64,000 nucleotides of DNA from Octopus vulgaris (GCA_951406725.2 OX597838.1:18972001-19036000); one strand, 5' to 3'. Positions 46,369 to 60,504 are shown, counted from the first letter of the stretch. A program made the numbers and translations. The notes: generated by a model not told the origin, from the sequence alone.

Positions 46369-46882
46369 CCGTAAATCCTCGAGTATAATCCGCATTTTTT
46401 CCCCAAAATTTAAAGGTCAAAATCCCTAGTGCGTACTATATACGAGGTTAAAATAAAAAATATTTTCTAAGCAATGTCCGAGTCTCTATTTGCTGTCCGG
46501 CAATTTTTATTCAGACGCATTTTCTGATGTCGGGAGCGAAAATACCTTAAGCTAAGCCTGAAAGCAATGAAGTCATAAAAGAATCATCCATAACTTGCAG
46601 TATGCAACATTTATTAAACGTTATTACTGTTATTTCTTTATTTTCTGCAAAGAAAATGCACAAAAAAAGCTATACGTTTGCATTATGTTATATATATACA
46701 ATAATAATAAAGGACGTTACTGTATACAGTTTTACAAACCAAGGACGTTATAAAGACCTCTTCGACTCAAGTTAGAGAATGGGTGCGTATTATACACAAG
46801 GTTTAGGTTTTTCAGATTTACAACCCCCTAAAAATCCCCTGCGTATTATACTCAGGGGCGGACTATACTCGAGGATTTACGG
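46369..46882. mobile_element. Tc1/mariner-superfamily (Tc2/pogo-like) MITE; related small MITE at 52783-52945
   Basis: TA|CCGTAAATCCTCGAGTATA … TATACTCGAGGATTTACGG|TA. Confidence 0.8.
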
Positions 46883-47857
46883 TATGTCAATAATTTTTAT
46901 GTTAAATTATTTTAACACTGTTTAAAACGACCGATTGAAATCAAACTAACCCACCAACTTACACGTAACTACTTTTGATAACAGTAAATAAAAGACAAGA
47001 CCATGGCGTAAATGTCGATCAGTAACACGTCTTTGGAATGTACCGTTTTTACATGTTCTGTGCCTTTTGTGAGTTAAAATCACATTTATCAGCATCAAGC
47101 GCCATTCTTTGAGTCAAATTAGCGGCAGTCTATATATTCACTTTTAATCTTATAATAATTCTGCTTGTACTGACCCCAGGACATATTTTTTAAGCCTAGT
47201 ACTTATTCTGTCAGTAACTTTTGCCGAATTGCTAAGTTACGAGACGTAAACACACCAACCCCGGTTGTCAAGCGGTGTTGGGGGCGGGAAGACAAACACA
47301 GACACAAAGATACACACACACACACATAGATACATACATATATACATATACGACGGGCTTCTTTCAGTTTCCGTCTACCAAATCCACTCACAAGGCTTTG
47401 GTCAGCCCGTCGCTATAGTAGAAGATACTTGCCCAAGGTGCCGCGCAGTGGGACTGAACCCGGGATCATGTGATTAGGAAGTAAACTTCTTACCACACAG
47501 CAAACCCTGTGCTTACAGAGAAAAAAACCCTACAGAGAAACAAAAAGAACAATGAGAAAATATAAGGAAGTAAGTGCCATTGATTTAGATTAAAAAATAT
47601 CGAAGTTTCGAAATTTTTACTGTTTGAAGAATTGTAATTTTAACTGTTTAAAGCAGAAATCCGGAAAATTTTTCGAGAAAGACAAAAATAGTTACAGAAT
47701 GGGGTGAAAAGGTCCAGGATCTTATTGAAGTATTAACGCCCTGACCTAGGAAGGATTTAAACACAAAACATAAAGAGAAGGAAGAAATACCGCAAGGAAT
47801 TTTGTCTGTATTTCTAACGATTCTGCCAAACCACTACCGTTAAGTAAAAAAATACAT

Positions 47858-47930
47858 AGGTTCCAGCGAGTTTCGAACTCGCGACCTTCTGCGTGTTAAG
47901 CAGATGTGATAACCACTACACCATGGAACC
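47858..47930 (-). tRNA. tRNA-Val(AAC)
   Basis: 73-nt cloverleaf GGTTCCA…TGGAACC-T, anticodon arm TCTGC-TTAACAC-GCAGA, A/B boxes, downstream oligo-T. Confidence 0.93.
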
Positions 47931-48207
47931 ACTCGATATATAAAGGGTCTAAGTTATATATTTATAGAAAAAAATTACGGGTAGTAAGAATTAATTCATG
48001 GAAATGTTTGTTTTGTTTTAATTAACAATGCTAATTGTGAATCGTTTCTAGTGCAACACGGTAAAACGAGAGTAACAGTGGTATAGTTTCGGTTTCAGTA
48101 TCGCAGTCACTTCAACTAGTAGTAATATCGCTTATTCCCGTATCAGCCCCGAGCAGATTTATGATTAAAAGAATTCCAGCCGAAACAATTCCCTCGTTTT
48201 TCTCAGC

Positions 48208-48243
<36 letters not shown>

Positions 48244-49264
48244 TAATAATAATAATAATAAATGTTTTAAAGGAAATTTGGGTAAAAGTAGAGGAAAAGC
48301 GGCGTATTTAAAAATGCAAACAGCGGTAATAGGAAAAGCAAAAAGCCTTTCCTGAATTAGTGAAACGAATTAATGTTTCGAAATAAACCATTATTTTGTA
48401 TTTCATTTTCAGTCAGTATTCAGAATTTTATGCTTCAGACATCGAAGAATCTGACAACACTAACAGAAAAATAAATGTTTGTAATGTTTCCCTTTTTTTT
48501 TTTTCCAGGTTTTTGTTATTAACATGTAACACTTGATTTCGAAAATAGAAATTCTTCTTTACAGAAAGTGTTGCATATTGTACGAGAGGAAAAAAATACC
48601 AATGTGTCACATTTATGTAGCTTTTTATCATTCTCGTAACCTACATTCCGAATTTCTGTAGCTCTTTATCATTCTCGTAAACTATATTCCAAATTTCTTG
48701 AATTTTAACACGCTTTAATTTATTTATTCGTTTCAGTAATTTGGGACAGCCACGTCCGATTTTAGCCTTTCCTAATTATAATTTCTCCACTCTCATATCG
48801 TGTTACTGCAAAATTCATATCTCTCGCGGGTCAAATGATCTCATAGTGACTCTTACCGTGTTTAATTTCATGTCAGACCTCACCAAGCAGAACTATGAAT
48901 AGAAAGTATTCTACCTTTCCTAGGATTACACTATCCAAGGTGTCTGTCCGCTAATAAAGCGTATTATTGGATAGAGGTTTGGCTGCCCTTTCGAGAGGAT
49001 CGAGCGACAACGATCTTGTCGCTTTTGTTGGTTGGGTTTACTGGACTACTGTTTTTTTTTACTCTTTTACTTGTTTCAGTCATTTGACTGCGGCCATGCT
49101 GGAGCACCGCTTTTTTAGTCAAGCAAATCGACCCCGGGACTTATTCTTTTTGTAAGCCCAGTACTTATTCTATCGGTCTCTTTTGCCGAACCGCTAAGTA
49201 ACGGGGACATAAAAACACCAGCATCGGTTGTCAAGCAATGCTAGGGGGACAAACAGACACACAA

Positions 49265-49301
<37 letters not shown>

Positions 49302-50377
49302 CACATATATACGACAGGCTTCTTTCAGTTTCCGTCTACCAAATCCACTCACAAGGCATTGGTCGGCCCGGGGCTATAGCAGAAGACACTTGCCCAAGAT
49401 GCCACGCAGTGGGACTGAACCCGGAACCATGTGGTTGGTTAGCAAGCTACTTACCACACAGCCACTCGGGCATTGTTTTTTTTTATCTAATTTACCTCGC
49501 CAAAAAACTGTAAGGTTTTGACATCGAAGGCTATTATTCTGAAAAAAATAAAACAAAAAGTTAACCTGAGAACAAATCAAAAATGAAAAGGTTATGGAAA
49601 GATGGAAACTGGCAAAATTTATTTTAAAATACTGAAATTTATATTTTTTAATTTATATATGAGGGGGTGTTGAAAAGTTCCTGGTTTCGGGTAAAAGAAA
49701 ATACAGGAGCATCAGTTAATTATGATTTTATTCAACATATTCCCCTCTCAGATTCATACACCTATTGCAGTGGTCCTTCTGTTTTTCTAAGCCCTGTAAA
49801 ATAACTCGGAAGGTTGAGCCTCCATCCAGGCCTTTCGCGACACCCTTAGAGCTAAGAACTTTTCAGCTCTCTTTCGTTTTAGCAGAATTGTAATTTGAAA
49901 TATCTAAATCTGAAATCTGAAAACTATTTGGAAAAAAAGCATTTTGATGGGGTTTCTCCAAGAAAGCTTCGGGACGTTTGAAGAAATCAGGCCGTCCTAC
50001 CCTTGTCGGGACATAGACAACACCATTTTCGCTATCGTTCTCATCCCGGACAATCAATTTGCCGTACGGGTCCAAGAATATTGTCTGTATCTAAAACTCT
50101 AAGGATTTCCGAAATAGCAATAGCACATCGTCGTCCGACCCCGACTGACCACGAGATGAGTGCACCTCCTATTCGTTGAAAATGGGGGTTGGGGAATGCG
50201 TATGTGTACTCCAGAGAACCTGATCTCGCAAACGGCTTTTACTTGCGTTCGCTGAGCAAGCTGATCGCATCCTGTGTTTATTTATATGCTTCAGCTTAAG
50301 GTCAGCCGTGTCACTCGGAGAGAAAAAAAATGGGGAACGTCACGCACCTTGGTCCCGAGAAAATCTGTTGATACAGA

Positions 50378-50544
50378 CAGGGCCGGCTCAAGGTACCAGC
50401 AACTCGGGCAGTCGCCTGGGGCGTCATGTGCTAGTGGGTGCCAAAGAGGGCGTGGCAAAGACAACGAAATTTCCACGACCGTCAGCTTGTACACGCCGAA
50501 GTTCAGTTTGCCCGGGGTGCCAGCAACTCTAGGGCCTGACCCTG
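50378..50544. mobile_element. hAT-type MITE
   Basis: CAGGG…CCCTG ends with perfect 8-bp TSD GATACAGA. Confidence 0.8.
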
Positions 50545-50952
50545 GATACAGAATGTAGATAGCAGAAACAGATGTTGCAAAGCAAGCTGTTTGATGTCCT
50601 GACAATTTCACTGATTTACGGCAGGTCGAGATTTGTACTTTATCATCTGCGTGAGGTAGAAAAGTAAAGGTAACCTCGACGGGGTTTGAACCCAAAACGA
50701 AGAGCAGAGACAGATAACGCAAGTTAGCCGATGGTCAAGCTTCTCTATATAATGGCAGTAGAAGAGATTTATCAAAGCCAATGTTTCTCTCATGTATAGA
50801 AGCCAATGTTTCTCATGTATAGAAGGACAATACGCTGAGGTGGCTTTCAACAGCATCCATGATATAAAGGAAAGGAAAGTATGCTAAGAGTTGAAACGAA
50901 TGAAAACATAACTAGAAGGGTGACAAATTAAAGCAAAAGAAAGAATCTATGA

Positions 50953-51025
50953 TGCTTTACTAAAGATTGAACTTGTAGCACTCTTTGTGGGAGGCAAACG
51001 TGTTAACCATTACACAACGTAACAT
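50953..51025 (-). pseudogene. Decayed tRNA-Val-like pseudogene
   Basis: TGTAATGGTTAACACGTTTGCCTCCCAC…AAGTTCAATC alignable to tRNA-Val but stems broken. Confidence 0.55.
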
Positions 51026-51790
51026 CTGGAAAAAAATTTTAAATTATAAATATTTAAATATAAACTGCAAGCATAAGTTATATATTTTTATTTTTAGGGA
51101 TAAAACGTAAATAAATGGTGGTAATACGAGAAAGTAAATTTAGTTGTTTAATAGTTCAGTCATTTAGAAGTAATTACAGATATAAATAAACATAATGCGT
51201 ACATAGTCAGTCATTCAGCAACACTTCTGTATTTTATCTATAGCAGAAAAACACTTGATCTATGAATCATAATCGATATTTGAAAACCATCGCTATAATA
51301 TTTTTACTGTTGTTGTTATTTTATAAATACACGAAGTTATTATACAATGCATATTTATTTTGCTAAATATTTATTTGATTTTATACTTGTGTATATTCGT
51401 GCGTGCGTGTGTAAGCGTATGAGAGAGAGAGAAGGGAGAGAGAGACAAAGAGGAAGTGAAAGACAGATGTGTGTTTATACGCACGAACTGAAAACGAAAG
51501 TGAAACTAGGCTGACTACTTTCAAAACAAAGAACGTAGCTGTATTTGTGTGAGAGCGAAAGAAAGGGAGATAGAGCGTTGATGGGTACATGCGTAACAGA
51601 ACGATCTTCAATACAGATGTAAATAAATCTACGCCATCTATAGTAGTTCACTTTATGAGGCTGTGGTTTTTATTCATTTCGAAATTGTGTTAACCAAATG
51701 AACGAATTAATATACTTGCCCTTATTGAGGTGACACTCGTTAGCAATTAAATCTGGGTGAAAATATATAGAATGTGAAAAAATTGGCGCC

Positions 51791-51863
51791 AGGTTCCGAC
51801 GAGGATCGAACTCGCGACAGTCTGTGTGTGAAACAGATGTGATAACCACTACACCACGGAACC
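51791..51863 (-). tRNA. tRNA-Val(CAC)
   Basis: Cloverleaf, TCTGT-TTCACAC-ACAGA, GTTCGATCC T-loop, downstream oligo-T. Confidence 0.9.
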
Positions 51864-52425
51864 TTATGAAGGGGCAAATCGAGATTTTAAGTATTTAAAT
51901 GTAAACCAGAGAAAACATTTTTACCCCTTGTTTTTAAGATTGAGCTATAAAAACATTGATTGAGACGATATCAGAAATGCCAGAATGGAAGGGTTTCATA
52001 TATGCAATGAAATGAACTTGGAACCCTTGATCAAATGGAATTATCGAAGCAGTTTCTGAAGCATCTTCCACTGGGGATGTTTAAAATTTTTTTTAAAGTC
52101 AAATTAGCAGTGGAGATAATTCTTCAGAAATTAGTTAACCAAAACTTTCGGTAATTAAAAACAAGATAGACTGGAATGATTTTGGTCTTTAAAACCAATT
52201 AGTAAAAAAAAGGGAAATGGACATGTTCCGACCTTATTAAGCCTTCTCAGCAAAGAGTATCCAGTTTCATCAGGTGAATGAAACTGAAAGCAATAAGGAT
52301 ATATATGCGAATGAGTATCTGTATGTGTATATATGCTTGTTTGTATGCATGTATGTATATGTATGTGTGTGTGTACGTATATATATATATGTGTGTGTGT
52401 ATGTGTGTGTGTGTGTGTACGTATA

Positions 52426-52456
<31 letters not shown>

Positions 52457-52608
52457 AGATAGATTGATAGATAGATAGATAGATAGATAGACAGACATAT
52501 ACATACTATATAGATATATGCCCACATACATATAAACATATATATACATATATATGTATATGTATGATCTTTAAATGTGTATATGTATATACATACATGC
52601 ATATATAT

Positions 52609-52698
<90 letters not shown>

Positions 52699-53725
52699 CA
52701 TGCACATATATATGCATATATATATATATGCATATGCAAGAATATGTGAGAATGAGTATGCATATATATGCATGTATACACACCGTATTTTAACGTGTAT
52801 AAGGGACCCTGTCTTGTCAAAAATTAGGTTTAAAATATATGGGAGTTTCTTATACACGGATACTATTATAATCCCTTGCAAAACCATTTTTTCCAAATTT
52901 TAGGCCCCCAAAATTAGGGGGTTCCTTATACACATTAAAATACCGTACATACATACACAAGCGCGTATGGGAGTCATCAAAATTGCTTGATATTTTGTTT
53001 TTTAATATATTAAACAAACAGAAAGCTCAGTTCAGTCTTTTGCCGATAGAAATAAACATTAAGCAACAGGATTGTCACCAAGAGATGTCTCTGTATTTAA
53101 GGTACATTAGCTAACATTAACAACACGACTGTCAGCGAGAGCTGTCTTTGTTTTCAAGCTGCGACAATAAACAACATCGTTACACCAACAGCACATTTGC
53201 CATCATTGTAAACAAACACATCATTGATATGACATCATCGTTATTTTATTTCGAAAACAACAAGTTGTATAAGACTGCTTAATGGGCAATCTTTCGTTTT
53301 GGCCCCGCAAAACGAAGGAATGCCTATTAATGCATGAATTTTGTTATATGATTAATTTTATAGTGTACCTTTAGTCTTTTTTTTTTTAAATATATTTGTT
53401 TATGCATTGTGTCTGTGATGGTATGTGAGTTCGCGCGAGCTAAGTAAAAACGAAAGTGAAACTAGAATGAATTTCATGTAAACAAACAGCGTAAATATAT
53501 TTATGGGAGCGAAACAGCGACGAAGATGAAACGCAGTTACGCAACAACGGTTTCTTACACAGGTGTAAGATAAACCTGTTGCAGTTATCTTTGTGAGGTT
53601 GGGATGTTCATTCATTCACAAATAAAATTAAGTGTGGAAACGAAGTAAATTAGAAGCCATTTAAGAAATAAATTTTAGCAGTAAATCATCGATAGAGGAG
53701 AAAACGCAGAAGAAAAATATTCCAC

Positions 53726-53798
53726 AGGTTCCGACGAGAATCGAACTCGTGACATTCTGTGTGTGAAACAGATGTGATAACCACTACACCACGGAACC
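53726..53798 (-). tRNA. tRNA-Val(CAC)
   Basis: Cloverleaf with paired stems, CAC anticodon. Confidence 0.9.
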
Positions 53799-54352
53799 CC
53801 GCGAGTGCAATCTTATGACAGTAACGTATATATTATAAGCATTATTTATAAGTGAATCTGGGATAATTTAAAATTTTTGTTTAAGGATGAAATATCAGAA
53901 ATAGTGGCAACATAAGAAATAGATAGGCTGGTAATTTAATTGTTTGGTTAAAAGCAAGGGGTCGATTTGCTCGACTAAAGGTGGTGCTCCAGCATGGCCA
54001 CAGTCAAATGACTGAAACAAGTAAAAGAGTATTGTTATTAACGTATGTGTTTATTGTCTAATATCCCTTTAGTATTCGAATGTGTATTTGCTTTGCGCTC
54101 GTGAGTTCATGTACATCTCGTGGAGCTGACGGTTCACACACCAAAACTGAAAACGAAAGTGAAACTAGGCAAGTCTGAATCAAAGCAAAATACATGTAAA
54201 TAGGTTTGCATGAGACAGCGTTGATTGCTATTCCGTGTGAAATTGTGGTTTTCATGCATTCCTAGATAATCAGCTTCCAGTTGAGCAACGAATATTAATA
54301 GTAGATTGTAAGATGAAATATCCACAATATGAAAAAAAAAATTACAACCAAC

Positions 54353-54425
54353 AGGTTCCGACGAGGATTGAACTCGCGACATTCTGTGTGTGAAACAGAC
54401 GTGATAACCACTACACCACGGAACC
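54353..54425 (-). tRNA. tRNA-Val(CAC), T-loop variant TTCAATC
   Basis: Cloverleaf, CAC anticodon, downstream T-run. Confidence 0.88.
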
Positions 54426-54906
54426 CACGATGTAAACAAACGCAGTCATTAGTATTTAAATCAAAAACTAAAGACACTATTATTGTATGTTTAACCCTTT
54501 ATTTTATGGGTGAAATATAGATAGATTTTATATAGATAGATAGTGGCGAGCTGAGAAAATAGAGCTCAGCCTTTTTTGAAACTGATTACAGACGTAAACA
54601 TTAGCAACAGGATTGTGTCCATTAGAAACCTCTCTCCGTATTATACCTACAACAGACAAAACGAAATCAATATAACCAACATAAACCAGTTGCGATCGAT
54701 GCAAACAATCGCATCATTTACGTAATGCCCAAAAATACATCATTTTGAAATAGTAATTATTATTATTGTTATTAACACACGAAGCGTCATATTCTGTACC
54801 TCTAGGTTGTTGTTTTTTGTTGCTTTTTTTAAAAATATTTATTTTCTGCATAAGTGTGTGTGTGTGTGTGTGTGTATGTGTGTGCACGCGCGTGTATATG
54901 TGCGTG

Positions 54907-54943
<37 letters not shown>

Positions 54944-55127
54944 TTGCGTGCGTGAGTGTGCTTGCTCGTGAATTGAAAATAAAAGTGAAACTACTCTTTT
55001 AATTGTTTCAGTCATTCGACTCCAGGATTTATTCTCTGTAAGCCTAGTACTTATTCTATCGGTGTCTTTTGCCGAACCGCTAAGTGACGGGGACATAAAC
55101 ACACCAGCATCGGTTGTCAAAAAATTC

Positions 55128-55168
<41 letters not shown>

Positions 55169-55316
55169 GGAGTAAACACATAAATGTGAAACAAGGTGGA
55201 AAAAAGAGTACTCAAATACCAGTGGTAGAGTAATATGCTTTATTTAAATCAGCAGAAAATTCAACAAAACCTGTTACTCTGAAGTTTTGTTGAATTTTCT
55301 GCTGCTTTAAATAAAG

Positions 55317-55476
<160 letters not shown>

Positions 55477-55637
55477 TAGATATATATAGATATATAGATA
55501 TATAGATATATAACAAAAAGAAAATACAACAAAGTGAGGACGTGGAACAAGTGTAGTGTTTATGTATGTATGTATGTATGTATGTATGTATGTATGTATG
55601 TATGTGTGTGTGTATGTTTGTATGTATGTATGTATGT

Positions 55638-57549
55638 ACTTCACTCTTTGTTTGGTAAAGTATGGACTAGTGAATCTGTACCTGAGGACTGGAGAGATGC
55701 AGTAATGGTGGTCCTGTATAAGGGAAAGGGCAACAGGAATGATTGTGGTAATTATAGGGGAGTATCATTGCTGTCTGCAGTAGGAAAGGTTTTATGCAGG
55801 ATACTCCTGGATCGTCTGCTGAAATACATTGCAGATTGTGTTCTTCCAGAAAGTCAATCTGACTTTCGTGTGGGACGTGGCATTGCTGATATGATCTTTC
55901 AGGAAAAGTGTGTGGAACAGGGTCTGAATTTGTATCAGGTGTTTGTCGATCTGACAAAAGCCTTTGATACCGTCAATAGAAAAGCATTGTGGAAAGTCCT
56001 CCAGAAACTTGGGTGTCCTGAAAAGTTCCTTGCTTTGGTTAAGTCTTTTCATGAAGACATGAATGGTAGGGTGAAATTTTAGAGGAAAGATGTCGGAGCC
56101 CATTTCAATACAAAATGGAGTGAAACAGGGGTATATTCTGGCACCGACCCTATTTTCCATATATTTCGCGATGGTGTTCTGTATTGCATTCAGAAACTGC
56201 AGATACGGTGTTTACGTCCATTATCGAACCTCTGGCAGCATATTTAATATCAGGCGCCTTGCTGCAAAAACAAAGATATTTACCTCTATCATAAGAGACC
56301 TTTTGTATGCTGACGATTGTGAGCTAGTAGCACACACAGAGATTGATATGCAACACATTTTGAATGCATTCTCTGATGCTTGCACTGCCTTAAGATTGAC
56401 AGTCAATCTCAAGAAAACTGTTGTCATGCATCAACCTGCCCCTGGTAAGCAGTATAGTGTACCAAATATCTATGTGAATGGTAAACGACTTGATGTAGTC
56501 GATCAGTTTGTCTACCTGGGAAGCACTATTAATAGATATGGCAATGTGGATGATGAAATTCCATGTAGAATTAGGAAAGCAAGTGTTGCTTTCGGAAAGC
56601 TAGAAAAGCGCCTCTGGAGTCGGCGAGACATATGCAGAAAGACAAAGATAAAGGTGTACAAGGCATGTGTGCTCCCTTCTCTTCTCTATGCCTGCGAGAC
56701 GTGGGTCACATATCGATACCACCTTAAACAACTGGAATGTTTTCATCAGATGTACCTCAGACGGCTCTATAGCATTAAGTGGAAGGACCGCATCAGTGAT
56801 ATTGAAATACTCGAAGGCTCTGGGTGTGAAAGTATAGAAGCTTTTGTGTTAAAGCAAAGGCTCAGAGGTCATCTGGTCAGAATGAAGGATTCAAATATGC
56901 CAAAACAACACTTTTATGGAGAGTTAGCAAAAGGAGAACGACCTCTACATAAACCAAAAAAGAGGTATAAGGACTTGCTGAAGGCTTCCTTAAGAGATGC
57001 TTGCATCAGTCCTGACACATGGAAAGGCATAGCTATTGATCATAGCAGGTGGAGAAGGATTGTGCATGAGGGGACAGCCACGTTTGAGAAATCTCGAGTT
57101 GCACATGAGAAAGTAAGGAGGGATGTCGGGAAGGGCATCGCTGTTACACTTCCAGAAGGGATGGGTCTTCCTTTGATTCTGACATGCAATGTCTGTGCAA
57201 GACCCTGCCTCAGTAAAGCTGGACTCATGAGTCATCTTCGATGTCATAAAACGAGACAGATGAGTGACAACCTGGCCACTGGTGGTGGTGTAACACACCA
57301 TACTAATCATATCTGTCGAAGAGAGTGTGGAAGAGAGTGTAATTCGGCAGGAGGACTTAAACGACATACAAAGGTACACGAAGCCCTGTTACAACTACAG
57401 TCAGCTATTGCCGGTAAAGGTTTTAGTTGCCAATTTTGTACAAGACATTGTAGATCTTTAGCTGGGCTAAAAAGTCACATTCAATCACAGCACCAGTAAC
57501 AGTTAAGCTTCGTGCAATGGCCATACTCGATAACGAGGGGGCAGCCATA
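55638..57549 (+). mobile_element. 5'-truncated RTE-clade LINE (RT domain, frameshift near 56080, C-terminal C2H2 fingers)
   Basis: KGKG..DCGNYRGVSLL, FVDLTKAFDTV, GVKQG..LAPTLF, LLYADD, YLGS motifs; (TATG)n on both sides. Confidence 0.92.
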
Positions 57550-58107
57550 ATGTATGTATGTATAGCTGATGTATTTTAGTGTCCATGTGTGCGCCCCTAA
57601 CATTTTCCGCATTAATTCCTATATAACCGTCGCTGTCCCTTAGCAACACCTTTTCCATTTTATCTGCTGGGGCCATGAGGCAGCCTCACTTACAGGAAAC
57701 TGCACGTTGCATTCCTTAACTAATTATATCCAAGCAATAATTTATTGGTATAATATCTACATTGTATGAAAGGAATTCGTAAAAATTTTCTTCAAGACAT
57801 GTCCCTTTTTTTTCTCTGAAATTTAATAGGAAACAGCATCGACTTGTGTTAATTATCCGAAAGAACTCTCTCTTCATCTCTCACGCTGAAAAAATGTTCA
57901 CTACAAATACCGACATACTTGGAATATACCCCATTTTGAAGGTATTTATAAAAAAACTTTCGTTTAAAAAAGTATCCTCTTTCTGAAAGTTATGGGGAAG
58001 CAAAGCAAGGAGGTGCGGTTGCAGGAACACCTTTGATTAGGTATGTTAAGTTTTCACCAACATCCTTGCACCTCATAAAAATGAAAAAAAAAAAAAATAG
58101 TCTCACT

Positions 58108-58180
58108 AGGTTCCAGCGAGTTTCGAACTCACGACCTTCTGCGTGTTAAGCAGATGTGATAACCACTACACCATGGAACC
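58108..58180 (-). tRNA. tRNA-Val(AAC)
   Basis: Identical to the other AAC copies except one T-stem base versus 47858. Confidence 0.93.
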
Positions 58181-58324
58181 TTGACAAGAGAATAGTGCAA
58201 ATTTAAAGACTATACAGATGTACATATCAACAGGGCTCACACGTAAATACCCACGTGTGTTGTGTGTAAAGTTGCATCTATACACATGTGTATAGTCTTT
58301 AAATTTGCACTCTTCTCTTGTCAA

Positions 58325-58397
58325 GGTTCCATGGTGTAGTGGTTATCACATCTGCTTAACACGCAGAAGGTCGTGAGTTCGAAACTCGCTGGAACCT
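58325..58397 (+). tRNA. tRNA-Val(AAC)
   Basis: Cloverleaf; head-to-head inverted partner of 58108-58180. Confidence 0.93.
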
Positions 58398-59749
58398 ATC
58401 AAGGCATTTCTTTTGTTTATTTTATGAAATATAGGGATGTCAGTAAAATATGAATCCAGTTTTTGTCTCGCGGTGTATGAGATCCGCTGGTCGACCCAAG
58501 CATTTCTACAGATAGATTACTCTGTTGAAAGAACAACAAGGAAATTTCACTTATTGCAAATAATATATATATAGAGGCGGCGCAGGAGCGGCTGTGTGGT
58601 AAGTTGCTTGCTTGCCAACCACATGGTTCTGGTTCAGTCCCATTGCGTGGCGCCTTGGGCAAGTGTCTTCTACAATAGCCTCGGCCCGACATAATGATGA
58701 TACGTATGCGTGTGTGCACGTCGCACTAGTCTGCGTGTACCTTTGCATTTGTCCCACATTGCTTGACAATCGGTGTCGGTTTGTTTACGTCCCAGTAAAA
58801 GAGTTACCAGACTAAAAAAATAAGATTGACTAAAGGCCCTTCAAAGCTATAAACCAGTCTGGCCATAGTTCAATGATTAAAACAGGTGAAAGAGAGAATA
58901 CTATCACATGTGTGTCCCACTGGCCTCCACCGACTTCGCGGTAAATTTTTACAAATACACCCTTCGCAGTAAATTTACCGACTTTGCTTCTTCATGAATT
59001 TTGGAGAGAGAGAGATAGTTTTTAGTGAAATTTTCTGCAACTATCCTTGAGATGGTATAGATTCCGATCATATCAGAATTTAATGAGAAAAGAGAAAACT
59101 TGTGGGCGTGCACCCATACATACTGACACACATCACACATACTCTTTACACTTACTTGTTTCAGTCATTTGACTGCGGCCATGCTGGAGCACCGCCTTTA
59201 GTCGAGCAAATCAACCCCGGGACTTATTCTTTGTAAGCCTAGTACTTATTCTATCGGTCTCTTTTTGCCGAACCGCTAAGTAACGGGGACGTAAACACAC
59301 ACCAGCATCGGTTGTCAAGCGATGTTGGGGGGACAAACACAGACACACAAACACACACATATATACACATATATACAATGGGTCTCTTTTAGTTTCCGTC
59401 TACCAAATCCACTCACAAGGCTTTAGTCGGCCCGGGGCTATAGCAGAAGACACTTGCCCAAGGTGCCACGCAGTGGGACTGAACCCATGTGGTTGGTTAG
59501 CAAGCTACTTACCACACAGCCACTCCTACGCCTACATGTACAAAATTGAAATATAGAAAAAAAAATTGTAAGTACCAGTATGTATGTATACGTGCCCACT
59601 ATTTAATTTATTTACACCATTAGAAAGGTATTTACAGAAAACTTCATTAAAAAATATCCATTCTTATTTCCAAGTTAGGAGGAAACAAACCCCGCGGACG
59701 TGGGGCAGACTTCAACATCCTCATGATAAAGGGAAAAAAATGTTTACCT

Positions 59750-59822
59750 AGGTTCCAGCGAGTTTCGAACTCACGACCTTCTGCGTGTTAAGCAGATGTG
59801 ATAACCACTACACCATGGAACC
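59750..59822 (-). tRNA. tRNA-Val(AAC)
   Basis: Cloverleaf, AAC anticodon. Confidence 0.93.
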
Positions 59823-60415
59823 TCAACGGAGGTAACCATGCAAATTTAAAGATTATAGACACAAATATATATCGCGCACGCTCGCACACATACATATGCA
59901 CTTTAGATTTATATGCGAGGATGGATGTCCCAATAAAAGTTTACTTCATAATCATAATATCCAGGTGTAATCTCACTGCTTTATTTTATTAATGTCCTTC
60001 AACGCGATAATTGTTTTGGTACTCGAACGGCTGAATGCTTCCCGATCCATTTTTATAGCGCTTGTTGACAACAATTCGGATGTATTTAGGTATGTGTATA
60101 TAATGTGCTGGCGTATGTTTACAAGTGTTAGGATTGTGCATTTTGTGTGTCCTTGCTTTGACCTGGCGTGATAGTTGTAGATGAGTGTCACCGTCACACA
60201 AGCAGTGTTATTCGTTTTCTAATAGTCAGTCTAAAGTTGTCTGTCCGTGCGAAAAAAGTACCTTGTTTAGAAACTGATAATGGGGACTGGTAGACGGGAA
60301 GGACAGTAGAAAATATACCTCGAATAAGCTCCGCTCGACGCATTCAAGCATGAAAAAGTGGACGTTAAAACGATGATGATGATGATGACGATGAAGATGA
60401 CGATGATGATGATGG

Positions 60416-60449
<34 letters not shown>

Positions 60450-60504
60450 GGTGTTGATGATGATGATGACGACGACGACAATGATGAGTGTGTGTGTGTG
60501 TGTA

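Noticed and set aside
49863-50722. GC-richer ORFs suggesting a second protein-coding gene
   Set aside because: No recognisable domain or consistent splice pattern; the central part is an hAT MITE with an 8-bp TSD.
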